A stretch of DNA of 64,000 nt from contig CAWEYB010000005.1 in the NCBI GenBank assembly GCA_963813225.1, forward strand, positions 200,252-264,251, in the 5' to 3' direction. Positions 1-10,600 of the stretch are shown one piece after another. Origin of the DNA: an uncultured Chloroflexia bacterium (GTDB lineage: Bacteria; Chloroflexota; Limnocylindria; Limnocylindrales; CSP1-4). Below the pieces are notes generated by a model, which was not told where the DNA came from, did not search any database, and was given only the letters and a program-made list of their open reading frames with translations. The translations under genes and the position numbers were made by a program. Position 1 is the stretch's first letter; every line of letters starts with the position of its first letter.

Positions 1-408
1 GCCGGCCACGACGTCCGGATCGCGGCCGAGCGGCTCGACACGCCGTTCACCCACGCGCTCGACGCGCGCCGGCCCCTGCGGATGCCCGTCGCGCACGGGG
101 AGGGGCTGTACTACGCGGACGACGCCACGCTCGATGCGCTCGAACGCGACGGCCAGGTGCTGTTCCGCTACGTCGACGCAGCCGGGTCCGAGGCACTCCC
201 CGGCGACCCGGCCAACCCGAATGGATCGCTCCGGGCCATCGCCGGGGTCTCGAACGCGTCCGGCAACGTCGCCGGCCTGATGCCGCACCCGGAACGGGCG
301 TCCGAGACGGTCCTCGGTTCCGACGACGGCTTCGGGATCGTCCGCTCGCTGGTCCTGAGCGCGGCGCGCGCCGTCAACGAGCCGGCCGTCACGGCGGGGT
401 CCCGATGA
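1..408 (+). CDS. purQ: Phosphoribosylformylglycinamidine synthase subunit PurQ (glutamine amidotransferase), C-terminal part; the 5' end lies outside the window
   Basis: The frame is open from nt 1. The conserved PurQ C-terminus ...[10 protein letters not shown]...HPERA is present. The stop TGA at 406-408 overlaps the purL ATG at 405 (ATGA). Confidence 0.8.
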   Translation, partial: AGHDVRIAAERLDTPFTHALDARRPLRMPVAHGEGLYYADDATLDALERDGQVLFRYVDAAGSEALPGDPANPNGSLRAIAGVSNASGNVAGLMPHPERASETVLGSDDGFGIVRSLVLSAARAVNEPAVTAGSR

Positions 409-2729
409 CCGTGGCCGAGCGACCGGTGGAGCCGCTCCATCGCCGGCTGGGCGTCACCGACGACGAGCTCGACGCGATCCGCGAGCGGCTGGGCGGTCGC
501 GACCCGAACGATCTCGAGCTCGCGATGTTCAGCGTGATGTGGAGCGAGCACTGCTCCTACAAGAGCTCGAAGCCGCTGCTCCGGACGCTCCCGACCGCGG
601 GCGAGGGGGTCGTCGCCGGACCCGGCGAGAACGCCGGGGTGATCTCGATCGGCGACGGGCTGGCCGTCGCGTTCAAGATCGAGTCGCACAACCACCCGTC
701 GGCCGTCGAGCCGTACCAGGGCGCGGCGACCGGTGTCGGCGGCATCCTGCGCGACATCTTCACGATGGGCGCCCGCCCGATCGCGGTGCTCGACGCGCTC
801 CGCTTCGGTGAGCCGGGCTCCGCCCGGACGCGAATGCTGGTCGATGGCGTGATCCGGGGCGTCGGCGGCTATGGCAACTGCGTGGGCGTCCCGACGGTCG
901 GTGGCGAGCTCGTGTTCGATCCGAGCTACGGCGGCAACCCGCTGGTCAATGTGATGGCTATCGGTCTGCTCGAGGAACGGCTGCTGACGCTGGCGGCGGC
1001 GCCCGGGCCCGGCAACCTCGTGGTGCTGTTCGGGTCGGCGACCGGCCGAGACGGGATCGGCGGGGCGTCGGTCCTCGCCAGCGCCACGTTCACCGACGAT
1101 GACCCCTCGAAGCGCCCATCGGTCCAGGTCGGCGACCCGTTCGCCGAGAAGCTGCTCATCGAGGCGAGCCTCGAGCTCATCGAGCGCGGCCTGGTCGAGG
1201 GACTGCAGGATCTCGGCGCCGGCGGCATCACGTGCGCCACGTCCGAGACCGCCGACCGGGCCGGGACCGGGATCGCGGTCGACCTCGACGCCATCCCGCG
1301 CCGCGAACCCGGTCTCGAGCCGTTCGAGGTGATGATCTCCGAGTCGCAGGAGCGGATGTGTGCCGCCGTCCTGCCCGACAAGTGGGACGCTGTCCGCGAC
1401 GTGTGCGAGCGCTGGGGCCTGCCGGTGGCGGTCATCGGGCGGGTCACCGCCGACGGGGACATCACGGTCGTGACCGGCGGCCTCGAGCCGGACGGCCGCC
1501 TGGCGCGGGGCGCCCGGGTCCTGGCCCGGATCCCGGCCCGCGCCCTGACCAGCGACGCGATCGTCCACCAGCGCGTCGCCGCCGCGCCGACCCACAGCCG
1601 CGGCGCCCCGGTGTCAGGTGCGCCGGCGGCGGTCAGCGATCGGCTCCCCGAACGTGGGATGGATCCAGGTGCGGTCCTCGTGGCGCTCCTCGGGTCGGCC
1701 AACCTCGCGTCGCGTCACGCCGTCTTCGAGCAGTACGACTCGACGGTCGGCGCGGACACGGTCGCCGGCCCGGGTCGCGGTGCCGCCGTCCTGCGCGTGC
1801 GGGGCACGAGCAAGGCCCTGGTCGCGACGACCGATGGCAACCAGGCGATCGGCGCGGTCGATCCCTGGCTCGGCGCCGCGTGGTCGGTCGCCGAGGCGAC
1901 ACGCAACGTGTCGATCACCGGCGCCCGGCCCCTGGGCGTGACGAACTGCCTCAACTATGGCGACCCGACCCGCCCGACGGCGTTCTGGCAGCTGTCGGAA
2001 GGGGTGCGCGGGGTCGGCGACGCGTGCCGGGCGCTGGGGCTCCCGGTCACCGGCGGCAACGTGTCGCTCTACAACGAGTCGCCGGCCGGGGCCATCGTCC
2101 CGACCGCGGAGATCGGCGTGGTCGGCCTGCTCGACGACATCGACACCCTCGTCGGCCCCGCCTTCGACCGCGCCCACGATTCCGTGGTGCTCGTCGGTGA
2201 GGTGGTCCCGGGCCTCGTCGGCTCCGCCTACACGGCGCTGGCGGGTGGCGCGAGCGAGGACGACCCGCCGGCTCTCGATCTCGGTCGTGAGGCCGCGATC
2301 CAGGCCTTCGTCCGCGAGGCGATCTCCCGCGGCCTTGTCGCCTCGGCGCAGGACGTGTCGGGTGGCGGCCTGGCCGTCGCGCTCGCCGAGTGCGCGATGT
2401 GGGGCGGCCTCGGTGCGACGGTCCGCATCGCGGTCGAGCACTCGCCGGCGGTCGACCTGTTCGGCGAGAGCCCGTCGCGGCTGGTCCTGACCTGCCGCCC
2501 CCGCTACGCCGCCGCGCTCGAGCTGCTGGCACGCCAGCACGGCCTGCCGGTCGCGACCGTCGGCACGGTCGGCGGCGACCGCCTCGTGGTCGAGCTGTCG
2601 ATGGCCGGCGCGACCGGCAACGTCGAGGACCGCGGCGGCGGCGTGGCCGACGCGCTGGAGGTCCCGCTGCGCGACCTCCGCCATGCCTGGGACCACGGCC
2701 TCGCCCGCGCTCTCGGCTGGGAGGGCTGA
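405..2729 (+). CDS. purL: Phosphoribosylformylglycinamidine synthase subunit PurL (FGAM synthase II)
   Basis: Intact 774-aa ORF. N-terminal ...[18 protein letters not shown]... and AIR-synthase-like repeats typical of small PurL. The start overlaps the purQ stop. Confidence 0.9.
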   Translation: MTVAERPVEPLHRRLGVTDDELDAIRERLGGRDPNDLELAMFSVMWSEHCSYKSSKPLLRTLPTAGEGVVAGPGENAGVISIGDGLAVAFKIESHNHPSAVEPYQGAATGVGGILRDIFTMGARPIAVLDALRFGEPGSARTRMLVDGVIRGVGGYGNCVGVPTVGGELVFDPSYGGNPLVNVMAIGLLEERLLTLAAAPGPGNLVVLFGSATGRDGIGGASVLASATFTDDDPSKRPSVQVGDPFAEKLLIEASLELIERGLVEGLQDLGAGGITCATSETADRAGTGIAVDLDAIPRREPGLEPFEVMISESQERMCAAVLPDKWDAVRDVCERWGLPVAVIGRVTADGDITVVTGGLEPDGRLARGARVLARIPARALTSDAIVHQRVAAAPTHSRGAPVSGAPAAVSDRLPERGMDPGAVLVALLGSANLASRHAVFEQYDSTVGADTVAGPGRGAAVLRVRGTSKALVATTDGNQAIGAVDPWLGAAWSVAEATRNVSITGARPLGVTNCLNYGDPTRPTAFWQLSEGVRGVGDACRALGLPVTGGNVSLYNESPAGAIVPTAEIGVVGLLDDIDTLVGPAFDRAHDSVVLVGEVVPGLVGSAYTALAGGASEDDPPALDLGREAAIQAFVREAISRGLVASAQDVSGGGLAVALAECAMWGGLGATVRIAVEHSPAVDLFGESPSRLVLTCRPRYAAALELLARQHGLPVATVGTVGGDRLVVELSMAGATGNVEDRGGGVADALEVPLRDLRHAWDHGLARALGWEG

Positions 2730-2732
2730 TCG

Positions 2733-4187
2733 ATGTGCGGCGTGTTCGGGGTCGTGCTGCCGGGTGGTGAGCCCAACGAGGCCGCCTCGATCGCGGCACT
2801 CGGGCTGTTCGCGCTCCAGCACCGCGGCCAGGAATCGGCCGGTCTGGCGGTCAGCGACGGCGAACAGCTCATGCTCTACAAGGACCTCGGCATGATCAGC
2901 TCCGTCCTCGACGAGCGTCGGCTGCCGAGCCTCCGCGGTCAGCTGGCCATCGCCCACTGCCGCTACTCGACGACCGGATCGACCATCTGGGAGAACGCCC
3001 AGCCGACCTATCGACTCGGTCCGCGGCGCGCGCTGGCGATCGGCCATAACGGCAACCTCGTCAACACCCGCCAGCTGCTCGACCAGCTCACGGGCGGGCG
3101 CGCCCGGCTGCCGGCATCGACCGACACCGAGCTCCTGACCGCGCTCCTGGCTGACGAGCCGGCGGCCGACACGGTCGAGGCGCTGATGCGTGTCCTGCCA
3201 CGCGTCCGTGGCGCCTACAGCCTGGTCATCCTCGACGAACGTCGGGTCATCGGGGTCCGCGACCCGTTCGGCTTCCGGCCGCTGGTCCTCGGCCGGCTGC
3301 CGCGGGCGAGCACCAACCGCGATGACGACGGGCTGTGGCACGGCGACGATGCGGACGCCGGCTGGTGCCTGTCGTCCGAGACGGCCGCGCTCGACATCGT
3401 CGGCGCCGAGTACGTCCGCGACGTCCAGCCCGGCGAGATGGTCATCCTCGAGCGCGGCCAGGCGCCACGATCGGTCCGCTTCGCGGCGGCGACGCCCGCC
3501 CTGTGCGTCTTCGAGCTGATCTACTTCGCCCGTCCCGATTCCTACATGGAGGGGCGCAACCTGTACGAGGCACGACGCCGGATGGGCGTCCAGCTCGCTC
3601 TCGAGCATCCGGCCGACGCCGACCTCGTGATGCCGGTCCCGGACACCGGCGCCCCGGCCGCGGCCGGCTACGCCGAGGCATCCGGGCTGCCGTACCGCGA
3701 AGGGATGTATCGCAACCGCTACGCCGGACGCACCTTCATCCAGCCGTCGGCGGGGCTGCGCCACCGAGGCGTCACCATCAAGCTCAACCCCCTGCGCGAG
3801 GTGGTCAACGGCAAGCGGCTGGTCGTGGTCGACGATTCGATCGTGCGCGGGACGACCACGGCGCGGATCGTCGAGCTGCTGCGCAAGGCCGGCGCGACCG
3901 AGGTCCACGTCCGCATCAGCGCACCGCCGATCTACCACCCGTGCTTCTACGGCATCGACACGCAGATCGAGACCGAGCTCATCGCCGCGACCCACACGGA
4001 ACCCGAGATCCGCGAGTTCATCGGTGCCGATTCGCTTGGCTACCTGTCGATCCGCGGCGTGCTGGCCGCCCTCGACCTGCCGTACGAGCGGTTCTGCTTC
4101 GCCTGCTTCGACGGCCACTACCCCGAGCCCGTGCCGTACGACGCCGCGAGCCGCAAGTTCATGCTCGAGGAGGCGGTGATCCGCTGA
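2733..4187 (+). CDS. purF: Amidophosphoribosyltransferase
   Basis: Intact 484-aa ORF beginning MCGVFGV (Ntn catalytic Cys2), with a C-terminal PRTase domain (VVVDDSIVRGTT). The stop overlaps the purM ATG. Confidence 0.9.
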   Translation: MCGVFGVVLPGGEPNEAASIAALGLFALQHRGQESAGLAVSDGEQLMLYKDLGMISSVLDERRLPSLRGQLAIAHCRYSTTGSTIWENAQPTYRLGPRRALAIGHNGNLVNTRQLLDQLTGGRARLPASTDTELLTALLADEPAADTVEALMRVLPRVRGAYSLVILDERRVIGVRDPFGFRPLVLGRLPRASTNRDDDGLWHGDDADAGWCLSSETAALDIVGAEYVRDVQPGEMVILERGQAPRSVRFAAATPALCVFELIYFARPDSYMEGRNLYEARRRMGVQLALEHPADADLVMPVPDTGAPAAAGYAEASGLPYREGMYRNRYAGRTFIQPSAGLRHRGVTIKLNPLREVVNGKRLVVVDDSIVRGTTTARIVELLRKAGATEVHVRISAPPIYHPCFYGIDTQIETELIAATHTEPEIREFIGADSLGYLSIRGVLAALDLPYERFCFACFDGHYPEPVPYDAASRKFMLEEAVIR

Positions 4188-5341
4188 TGGCCGGGGCGAA
4201 GGGCGTCTCCGACCGCACCGCCTACCTGACATCCGGCGTGGACGTCGCAGCCGGCGAACGGGCCGTGGACCTGATGCGGGACCACGTCGAATCGACCCGC
4301 CGACCCGAGGTCGTCGGCGGGCTCGGCGGGTTCGGCGGCGCGATGTCGATCCCGGCGGGCTACCGCGAACCGCTGCTGGTCGCCTCGACCGACGGGGTCG
4401 GGACGAAGACGGCGATCGCCCGAGCGCTGGACCGCTTCGAGACCATCGGCATCGACCTCGTCGCGATGTGCGCCGACGACGTCGTCTGCTGCGGCGCGGA
4501 GCCGCTGGCATTCCTCGACTACATCGCCGTGGGGCATGTCGTGCCCGAATGGGTCGCCGAGCTGGTCGGCTCGGTCGCGGCCGGCTGTCGCGAGGCGGGC
4601 TGTGCGCTCCTCGGCGGCGAGACGGCCGAGCATCCGGGGCTGATGGACGACGATGCGTTCGACGTGTCGGGCTGCTGCCTGGGCGTCGTCGAGCGTGCCG
4701 ACGTCATCGACGGCTCCGCGGTCCGCGCCGGCGACGTCATCCTCGGCCTGGCGGCATCGGGGCTGCATGCCAACGGCTTCTCGCTCGTCCGGGCCCTCGT
4801 CGCGCAATGGGACCTCGACCTGATGGAGCCGTACCAGGTCCGGCTGCGGCGGACGCTCGGCGACGCCGAGGCGGACGCGGCCATCGAGGCGGCACCGAAC
4901 GAGGCGATGGCGACCCTCGGCGACATCCTGCTGACCCCGACCCGGATCTATGCGCGGGCGGTCCTCGCCGCACGAGCCGCCGTCCGGGCCACCGGCGCGG
5001 ATGTCCACGGGCTGGCCCATATCACCGGTGGCGGCCTGCCGGGGAACGTCCCGCGCGCGCTGCCCGACGGTCTCGCGGCCCGCGTCGACCCGAGTCGCTG
5101 GGCGGTCCCGTCGGTCCAGCGTGTGTTCGGGGCGCTGGGCGGCCTCGACGACGAGGAGGTCCGGGCGACGTTCAACGGCGGGCTCGGGATGGTCGCCATC
5201 CTGCCGCGAGCGGCCGTGCCCGCGGCCACGGCCGCCATCGAAGGGTTCGGGATCCCGGTCGCGGTCGTCGGGCAGGTGGTGGACTCTGCGACGGTCGATG
5301 GCCGGCGCTACCTCGAGGCGACCCTCGAGGGTCTGGCGTGA
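4187..5341 (+). CDS. purM: Phosphoribosylformylglycinamidine cyclo-ligase (AIR synthetase)
   Basis: The ATG at 4187 overlaps the purF TGA (ATGA). It is in frame with the tail of the long ORF 3335..5341. Conserved PurM motifs are present (GGFGG, DGVGTK, HITGGGL). Confidence 0.88.
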   Translation: MAGAKGVSDRTAYLTSGVDVAAGERAVDLMRDHVESTRRPEVVGGLGGFGGAMSIPAGYREPLLVASTDGVGTKTAIARALDRFETIGIDLVAMCADDVVCCGAEPLAFLDYIAVGHVVPEWVAELVGSVAAGCREAGCALLGGETAEHPGLMDDDAFDVSGCCLGVVERADVIDGSAVRAGDVILGLAASGLHANGFSLVRALVAQWDLDLMEPYQVRLRRTLGDAEADAAIEAAPNEAMATLGDILLTPTRIYARAVLAARAAVRATGADVHGLAHITGGGLPGNVPRALPDGLAARVDPSRWAVPSVQRVFGALGGLDDEEVRATFNGGLGMVAILPRAAVPAATAAIEGFGIPVAVVGQVVDSATVDGRRYLEATLEGLA

Positions 5342-5937
5342 CCGCGCGTCGGGCCGCGGCGGACGTGGCCGGGCGTGTCGCGGTCGGCGTCTCGGGTGGC
5401 GGCTCGAACCTGGGCGCGCTGGTCGCGGCGGTCGGTCGAGGCGAGCTCGGCGGGGACATCGTGCTCGTCTTCGCAGACCGGGCCTGCCCGGCGCTCGACT
5501 GGGCGGCAGAGCAGGGGATCGAGACGGCGCTCGTCCCGGGTGGTGATGACGCGACGCTGGCGGCCACGCTCGAGGCCGTCGGCGCGGACGTCGTTGCCCT
5601 CGCCGGCTACATGCGCATCGTCGGGGCGGCGGTGCTCGGCGCGTTCGACGGCCGGATCCTGAACACCCACCCGTCGCTGCTGCCCGCGTTCCCGGGCGCG
5701 CACGCGGTCGCCGACGCGCTCGCCCACGGCGTGACCGTCACCGGCTGCACCGTCCATCTCGTGGACGAGACCCTCGACGGCGGCCCGATCGTCGTCCAGG
5801 AGCCCGTGGCGATCCTGCCCGGCGACGACGTCGCGTCCCTCCACGACCGGATCCGCGCCATCGAGCACCGTCTGCTGCCGCGGGCGGTCGCCCTGCTGCT
5901 CGCCGAAGCCCTCGCCGTCGACGGGCGCCACGTGACG
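5338..5937 (+). CDS. purN: Phosphoribosylglycinamide formyltransferase (PurN domain). There is no in-frame stop before the PurH domain, so the 3' boundary is nominal
   Basis: The GTG at 5338 overlaps the purM TGA (GTGA). Motifs: GSNL, NTHPSLLPAF, HLVDETLDGGPI. The reading frame continues uninterrupted into purH. Confidence 0.7.
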
Positions 5938-7578
5938 CTTGACCTCGATCGGGCGGACGCGCGCGTCCCGGTCCCTCGTCGCGCGCTGCTCTCCGTGTAT
6001 GACAAGACAGGCCTTGTCCAGCTGGGTCGTGGCCTCGTGGCCCGCGGGTTCGAGCTGGTCTCGACGGGGCGCACGGCAAGGGCGCTGCGCGACGCCGGGT
6101 TGCCAGTGACCGACGTGGCCGCCGTGACCGGGTCCCCGGAGATGCTCGACGGCCGGGTCAAGACGCTCCACCCGCGCATCCACGCCGGCCTCCTCGCGGA
6201 TCGCCGCCTGGCCGACCACCGGCGCCAGTTGATCGCCGCGGCCATCGCACCGTTCGAGATCGTCGTCAGCAACCTCTACCCGTTCTCGGAGGCGTTGGAG
6301 CGACCGGGGATCACGGTCGACGAGCTGATCGAGGAGATCGACATCGGCGGGCCGTCGATGGTCCGGGCGGCCGCCAAGAACCACGCGAACATCGCGATCG
6401 TGACGTCGCCGGCACAGTACGACGAGATCCTCGCCGCGCTCGACAGCGAGGGCGGCATCGACGAGCGGCGGCGCCGCACGCTGGCACTCGAGGCGTTCGC
6501 CCACACCGCCGCGTACGACGCGCGGATCGTCTCGGCGCTGCCGGGGCGGATGGTCGCGGCCGGCCTCCTCGACGTGCCGGAGGACCCGTATCCAGCCTCG
6601 CTGACGATCGGGCTCGAGAAGGTCGAGACGCTGCGCTACGGCGAGAACCCGCACCAGCCGGCGGCCCGCTACCGCCGGCCCGGGTCGACGCTGGCGGACG
6701 GTCCGTTCGGTGTCGCGCGCCGGCCGCTCCAGGGCAAGGCGCTGTCGTACAACAACGTCCTCGACGCCGCCGCGGCCTCGGCGCTCGGGCGGGCGCTGCG
6801 CGGGCCGGGCGTCGTCATCGTCAAGCACACCAATCCGTGCGGCGCCGCCGAACGGACGACGCTCGTCGAGGCCTGGGATGCCGCGCTCGAGGCCGACCCG
6901 GTCAGCGCATTCGGCGGGGTCGTCGCGCTGACTCGGCCCGTGGACGCTGAAGTCGCCGGAAAGCTCGTCTCGATCTTCCTCGAGATCGTCGTCGCGCCCG
7001 CGTTCGACCCCGCTGCCCTCGAGATCCTGGCCACCAAGCCGAACCTCCGGGTCGTGCTCGACGAAGCTCTTGCCGACGACGAGCCATCCGCGGCCTCGCC
7101 CGATCCGACGGGCTCGATCCGGACCGCGGGCGGGGCGGTCCTCGTCACGACGCCCGACATCACCGCCGACGACCCGGCCGCCTGGACGTGTGCGACCCGC
7201 CGCGCGCCGACGGAGTCCGAACGGCTCGACCTCGATCTCGCCTGGCGGCTGGTCCGCGGCGTGACCTCGAACGCCATGGTGCTCGTCCGCGACCGCCGTC
7301 TGGTCGGGATGGGCAGCGGCCAGACCTCGCGCGTGGACGCGGCGCGCCAGGCCGTTGCCAAGGCGCACGCCATGCTTGGCACGGACGCGACGACGGGCGC
7401 CGCCTGTGGCTCGGACGCGTTCTTCCCGTTCCCTGACGCGGTCGAGGTCTGCCTGGCGGCCGGCGTCACGGCCTTCGCTCAGCCCGGCGGCTCCGTCCAT
7501 GACGCCGATGCGATCGCGACAGTCGATGCCGCCGGCGCCACCATGGTCATGACCGGCGTCCGTCATTTCCGCCACTGA
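5932..7578 (+). CDS. purH: Bifunctional AICAR formyltransferase / IMP cyclohydrolase (PurH). It is either fused to PurN or starts at the internal GTG 5932
   Basis: Conserved PurH N-terminus RRALLSVYDKTGLV, an MGS-like domain and an AICARFT domain run through to the stop at 7578. GTG 5932-5934 overlaps an out-of-frame TGA (GTGA), which is the same coupling motif used elsewhere in this window. Confidence 0.75.
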   Translation: MTLDLDRADARVPVPRRALLSVYDKTGLVQLGRGLVARGFELVSTGRTARALRDAGLPVTDVAAVTGSPEMLDGRVKTLHPRIHAGLLADRRLADHRRQLIAAAIAPFEIVVSNLYPFSEALERPGITVDELIEEIDIGGPSMVRAAAKNHANIAIVTSPAQYDEILAALDSEGGIDERRRRTLALEAFAHTAAYDARIVSALPGRMVAAGLLDVPEDPYPASLTIGLEKVETLRYGENPHQPAARYRRPGSTLADGPFGVARRPLQGKALSYNNVLDAAAASALGRALRGPGVVIVKHTNPCGAAERTTLVEAWDAALEADPVSAFGGVVALTRPVDAEVAGKLVSIFLEIVVAPAFDPAALEILATKPNLRVVLDEALADDEPSAASPDPTGSIRTAGGAVLVTTPDITADDPAAWTCATRRAPTESERLDLDLAWRLVRGVTSNAMVLVRDRRLVGMGSGQTSRVDAARQAVAKAHAMLGTDATTGAACGSDAFFPFPDAVEVCLAAGVTAFAQPGGSVHDADAIATVDAAGATMVMTGVRHFRH

Positions 7579-7621
7579 CGGGTTCGCACCATGGCCCGGG
7601 GGTCGCGTATCGGGTACGCTC

Positions 7622-10600
7622 GTGACACCCCTTCGTGAGGTTCGGATGGTCTGTTCGGCCTGCGGCACCGAGAACGATGCCGGGCGCCGCTTCTGTGACA
7701 CCTGTGGCGCGCCACTCGCGGTCGCCTGCCGCATGTGCGGAGCGTCGAATCGGGCGACGGCACGGTTCTGCGGGGACTGCGGCACGCCCCTCGACGCCGC
7801 CGGCGCCGGCACCGTGGCCGGCAACGCCTCAGCGACACGTCATGTCCCGATCGAGGCGGCCGTGGCGCAGGCGGAGCGCCGGCTCGTGTCCGTCCTGTTC
7901 GTCGACCTCGTCGGGTACACGACGCTCGCCGACGGCTGGGACCCGGAGCAGGCGCGCGACCTCCTGACACGCTACTTCGAGACCGCCCGTGACATCGTCG
8001 CGCGGTACGGCGGGACCATCGAGAAGTTCATCGGCGACGCCGTGATGGCGGTCTGGGGCGCCCCGACCGCGCACGAGGACGATGCCGAGCGCGCCGTCCG
8101 AGCCGCCCTCGAGCTCGTCGACCGGGTGCCGGGGCTCGAACCCTCGCTCCGCGCGCGAGCCGGCGTCCTGACCGGTGAGGCGGCGGTCACCCTGGGTGCG
8201 ACCAATCAGGGGATGGTCGCCGGAGACCTCGTCAACACCGCGAGCCGCCTCCAATCCGTTGCTCCGCCCGGGGCCGTCCTCGTCGACGAGGCCACCGAAC
8301 GGACGGCGTCCAAGGCGATCGCCTTCGAGCCGGCGGGCGAGCAGCTCCTGAAGGGCAAGGCCAGCCCCATCCCGGCCTATCGCGCGATGCGCGTCGTCGC
8401 CGAACGTGGTGGGCGGAACCGGAGCGAAACGCTCGAGGCGCCGTTTACCGGCCGCGATACCGAGCTGCGCCTGCTAAAGGATCTCCACCTGTCGACGGCG
8501 CGCGAGCGCCGGATCCACCTCGTGTCGCTGACCGGCCAGGCGGGTGTGGGCAAGAGCCGGGTGGTCTGGGAGTTCGAGAAGTATCTCGACGGTCTGGTCG
8601 ATGAGGTCTACGTGAACGTCGGCCGGTCACCGGCGTACGGCGACGGCGTGACGTTCTGGGCGCTCGGCGAGATGGTCAGGGGTCGGGCCGGCCTGCTCGC
8701 GACCGACGACGAGCAGACCACCCGTCGGAAGATCGCCGAGTCGGTCGCGACGTGGGTGTCGGACGAAGGCGAGCGCCGCTGGGTCGAAACGGCGCTGCTC
8801 ACCCTTCTGGCCGTCGAGCCGGCGCCGCCCGGTGGGCGCGAGAGCCTGTTCGCAGCCTGGCGGACCTACTTCGAACGGATCGCCGCCAACGCCACCGCGG
8901 TCCTCCTGTTCGAGGACCTCCACTGGGCGGACCCGGGACTCCTCGACTTCATCGACCACATGCTCGAGTGGTCGAGCGGGGTGCCTATCCTGATCGTCAC
9001 CCTTGCCCGGCCGGAGCTGCTCGAGCGTCGCCCGGCCTGGGGTGCCGGCCGGCGGAACTTCGTCGCCTCGCACCTCGATCCGCTGCCGGACGCAGCCATC
9101 GGGGAGATGCTCGAAGGACTGGTCGCAGGCCTGCCGGATCGCGCCGCGGAGGCGATCATCCGCCGAGCGGACGGGATCCCGCTGTACGCGGTCGAGACAG
9201 TCCGCATGCTCGTCGCCGACGACCGGCTCGCGGAACGCGACGGGAGGTACGTGCCCGTCGGCGACCTGACCGAGCTTGCCGTGCCGGACACCCTGCACGC
9301 CCTCATCGCCGCACGCCTCGACGCCCTCGACCCGACCGACCGGGCGCTCCTCCAGGATGCGGCCGTGCTCGGCCAGAGCTTCACCCCGGCGGGATTGGCG
9401 GCGGTCGCCGCCGTCGACCCGGCCGAGCTCGAGTCTCGACTGCGCGGCCTCGTCCGTCGCGAGATCCTGGCCCTGCAGGGCGACCCGCGGTCCCCCGAAC
9501 GAGGCCAGTACACCTTCGTCCAGGCCCTCGTCCGCGAGGTCGCATACGCCACGCTTGCCAAACGTGACCGCCGCGACCGGCACCTGGCCGCCGCTCGGTT
9601 CTTCGAGTCACTCGGTGAGGACGAGCTCGTCGGTGCCCTCGCGGCCCACTACCTGGCCGCCTTCGAGTCGTCGTCGACCGGTCCCGAGGCGGACGCCGTC
9701 GGGGCACAGGCCCGGATCGCGCTGCGTGCGGCCGCGGAACGGGCGGCCGCTCTCGGCTCCCATGAGCAGGCCGTGACGTTCCTGGACCAGGCGCTGCTGG
9801 TGACCTCGGATCCGGGCGAGCAGGCCGATCTCCTCATCCGCACCGGCGAGGCGGCGTCGGCGGCGGGCAGACACACCAAGGCCCAGGAGCTGCTCCGCGA
9901 CGCCATCGCCCGGAAGCGCGAGGCCGGCGATCGCGTGGGAGAGGCCGCTGCGACGGCCGCGCTCGGTCGGGCGATGCTCGAATCGTGGCACAGCGACCAG
10001 GCCCTCGCCGTTCTGGCGCCCGGGGCGTTGGAATTCGATGATCTCGCCGAATCCGCGCCCGGGATCGCGCTCCGGGCGCAGCTCGCCCGCGCGTACTTCT
10101 TCCACGGTGATTCGGTCGAGGCGATCGAGGTCGCCGACCAGGTCCTCGCAAGCTCGGAGCGGGAAGACCTCGTCGCGCTCACCGCGGATACGCTGATCAC
10201 GAAGGGAACGGCCCTCGCGGAGGTCGGCCGCGTCCTCGAGGGACGGGGCACCATCCAGGCCGGGATCGACATCGCGGAGCGCCAGGGATGGCCGGCGATC
10301 TCGTTGCGCGGCCGCGTCAACCTCACGTATCTCCTGGCGCTGCGGGATCCGCGGCAGGCCGTGGCGACGGCAAAGGCGGGCTTCGAGGATGCCAAACGAC
10401 TCGGCGACCGGCCACTCCAGGCCACTCTCCACCAGAATGCCGCGGATTCTGCGGTCAGGGTGGGCGAGTGGGACTGGGCGGTCGGGATCCTCGACCAGGT
10501 CCTGGCGACCGAGCTCGAAGTCGTGGATCGCTTCCCGCTCACGAGCGTGCTGCTGACCATCCGCGCCCTCCGAGGCGAGGTCACGGAGACAGAGCTCGAC

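Noticed and set aside
168-4511. Very long antisense ORFs (168..1595 -, 1614..4511 - at 965 aa, 5308..7824 - at 838 aa, and many others) opposite purL, purF, purM and purH
   Set aside because: They are Arg/Pro/Gly/Ala-rich with low complexity and lie opposite strongly conserved genes. These are the shadow ORFs expected at ~72% GC, where stop codons are rare.
3335-5337. The 5' extensions of ORF 3335..5341 and of ORF 4468..7578 upstream of the purM and purN starts
   Set aside because: They are out of frame relative to the real genes (purF and purM occupy these positions in other frames), and their sequence is low-complexity. The true starts are the ATG at 4187 and the GTG at 5338, each overlapping the preceding stop codon.
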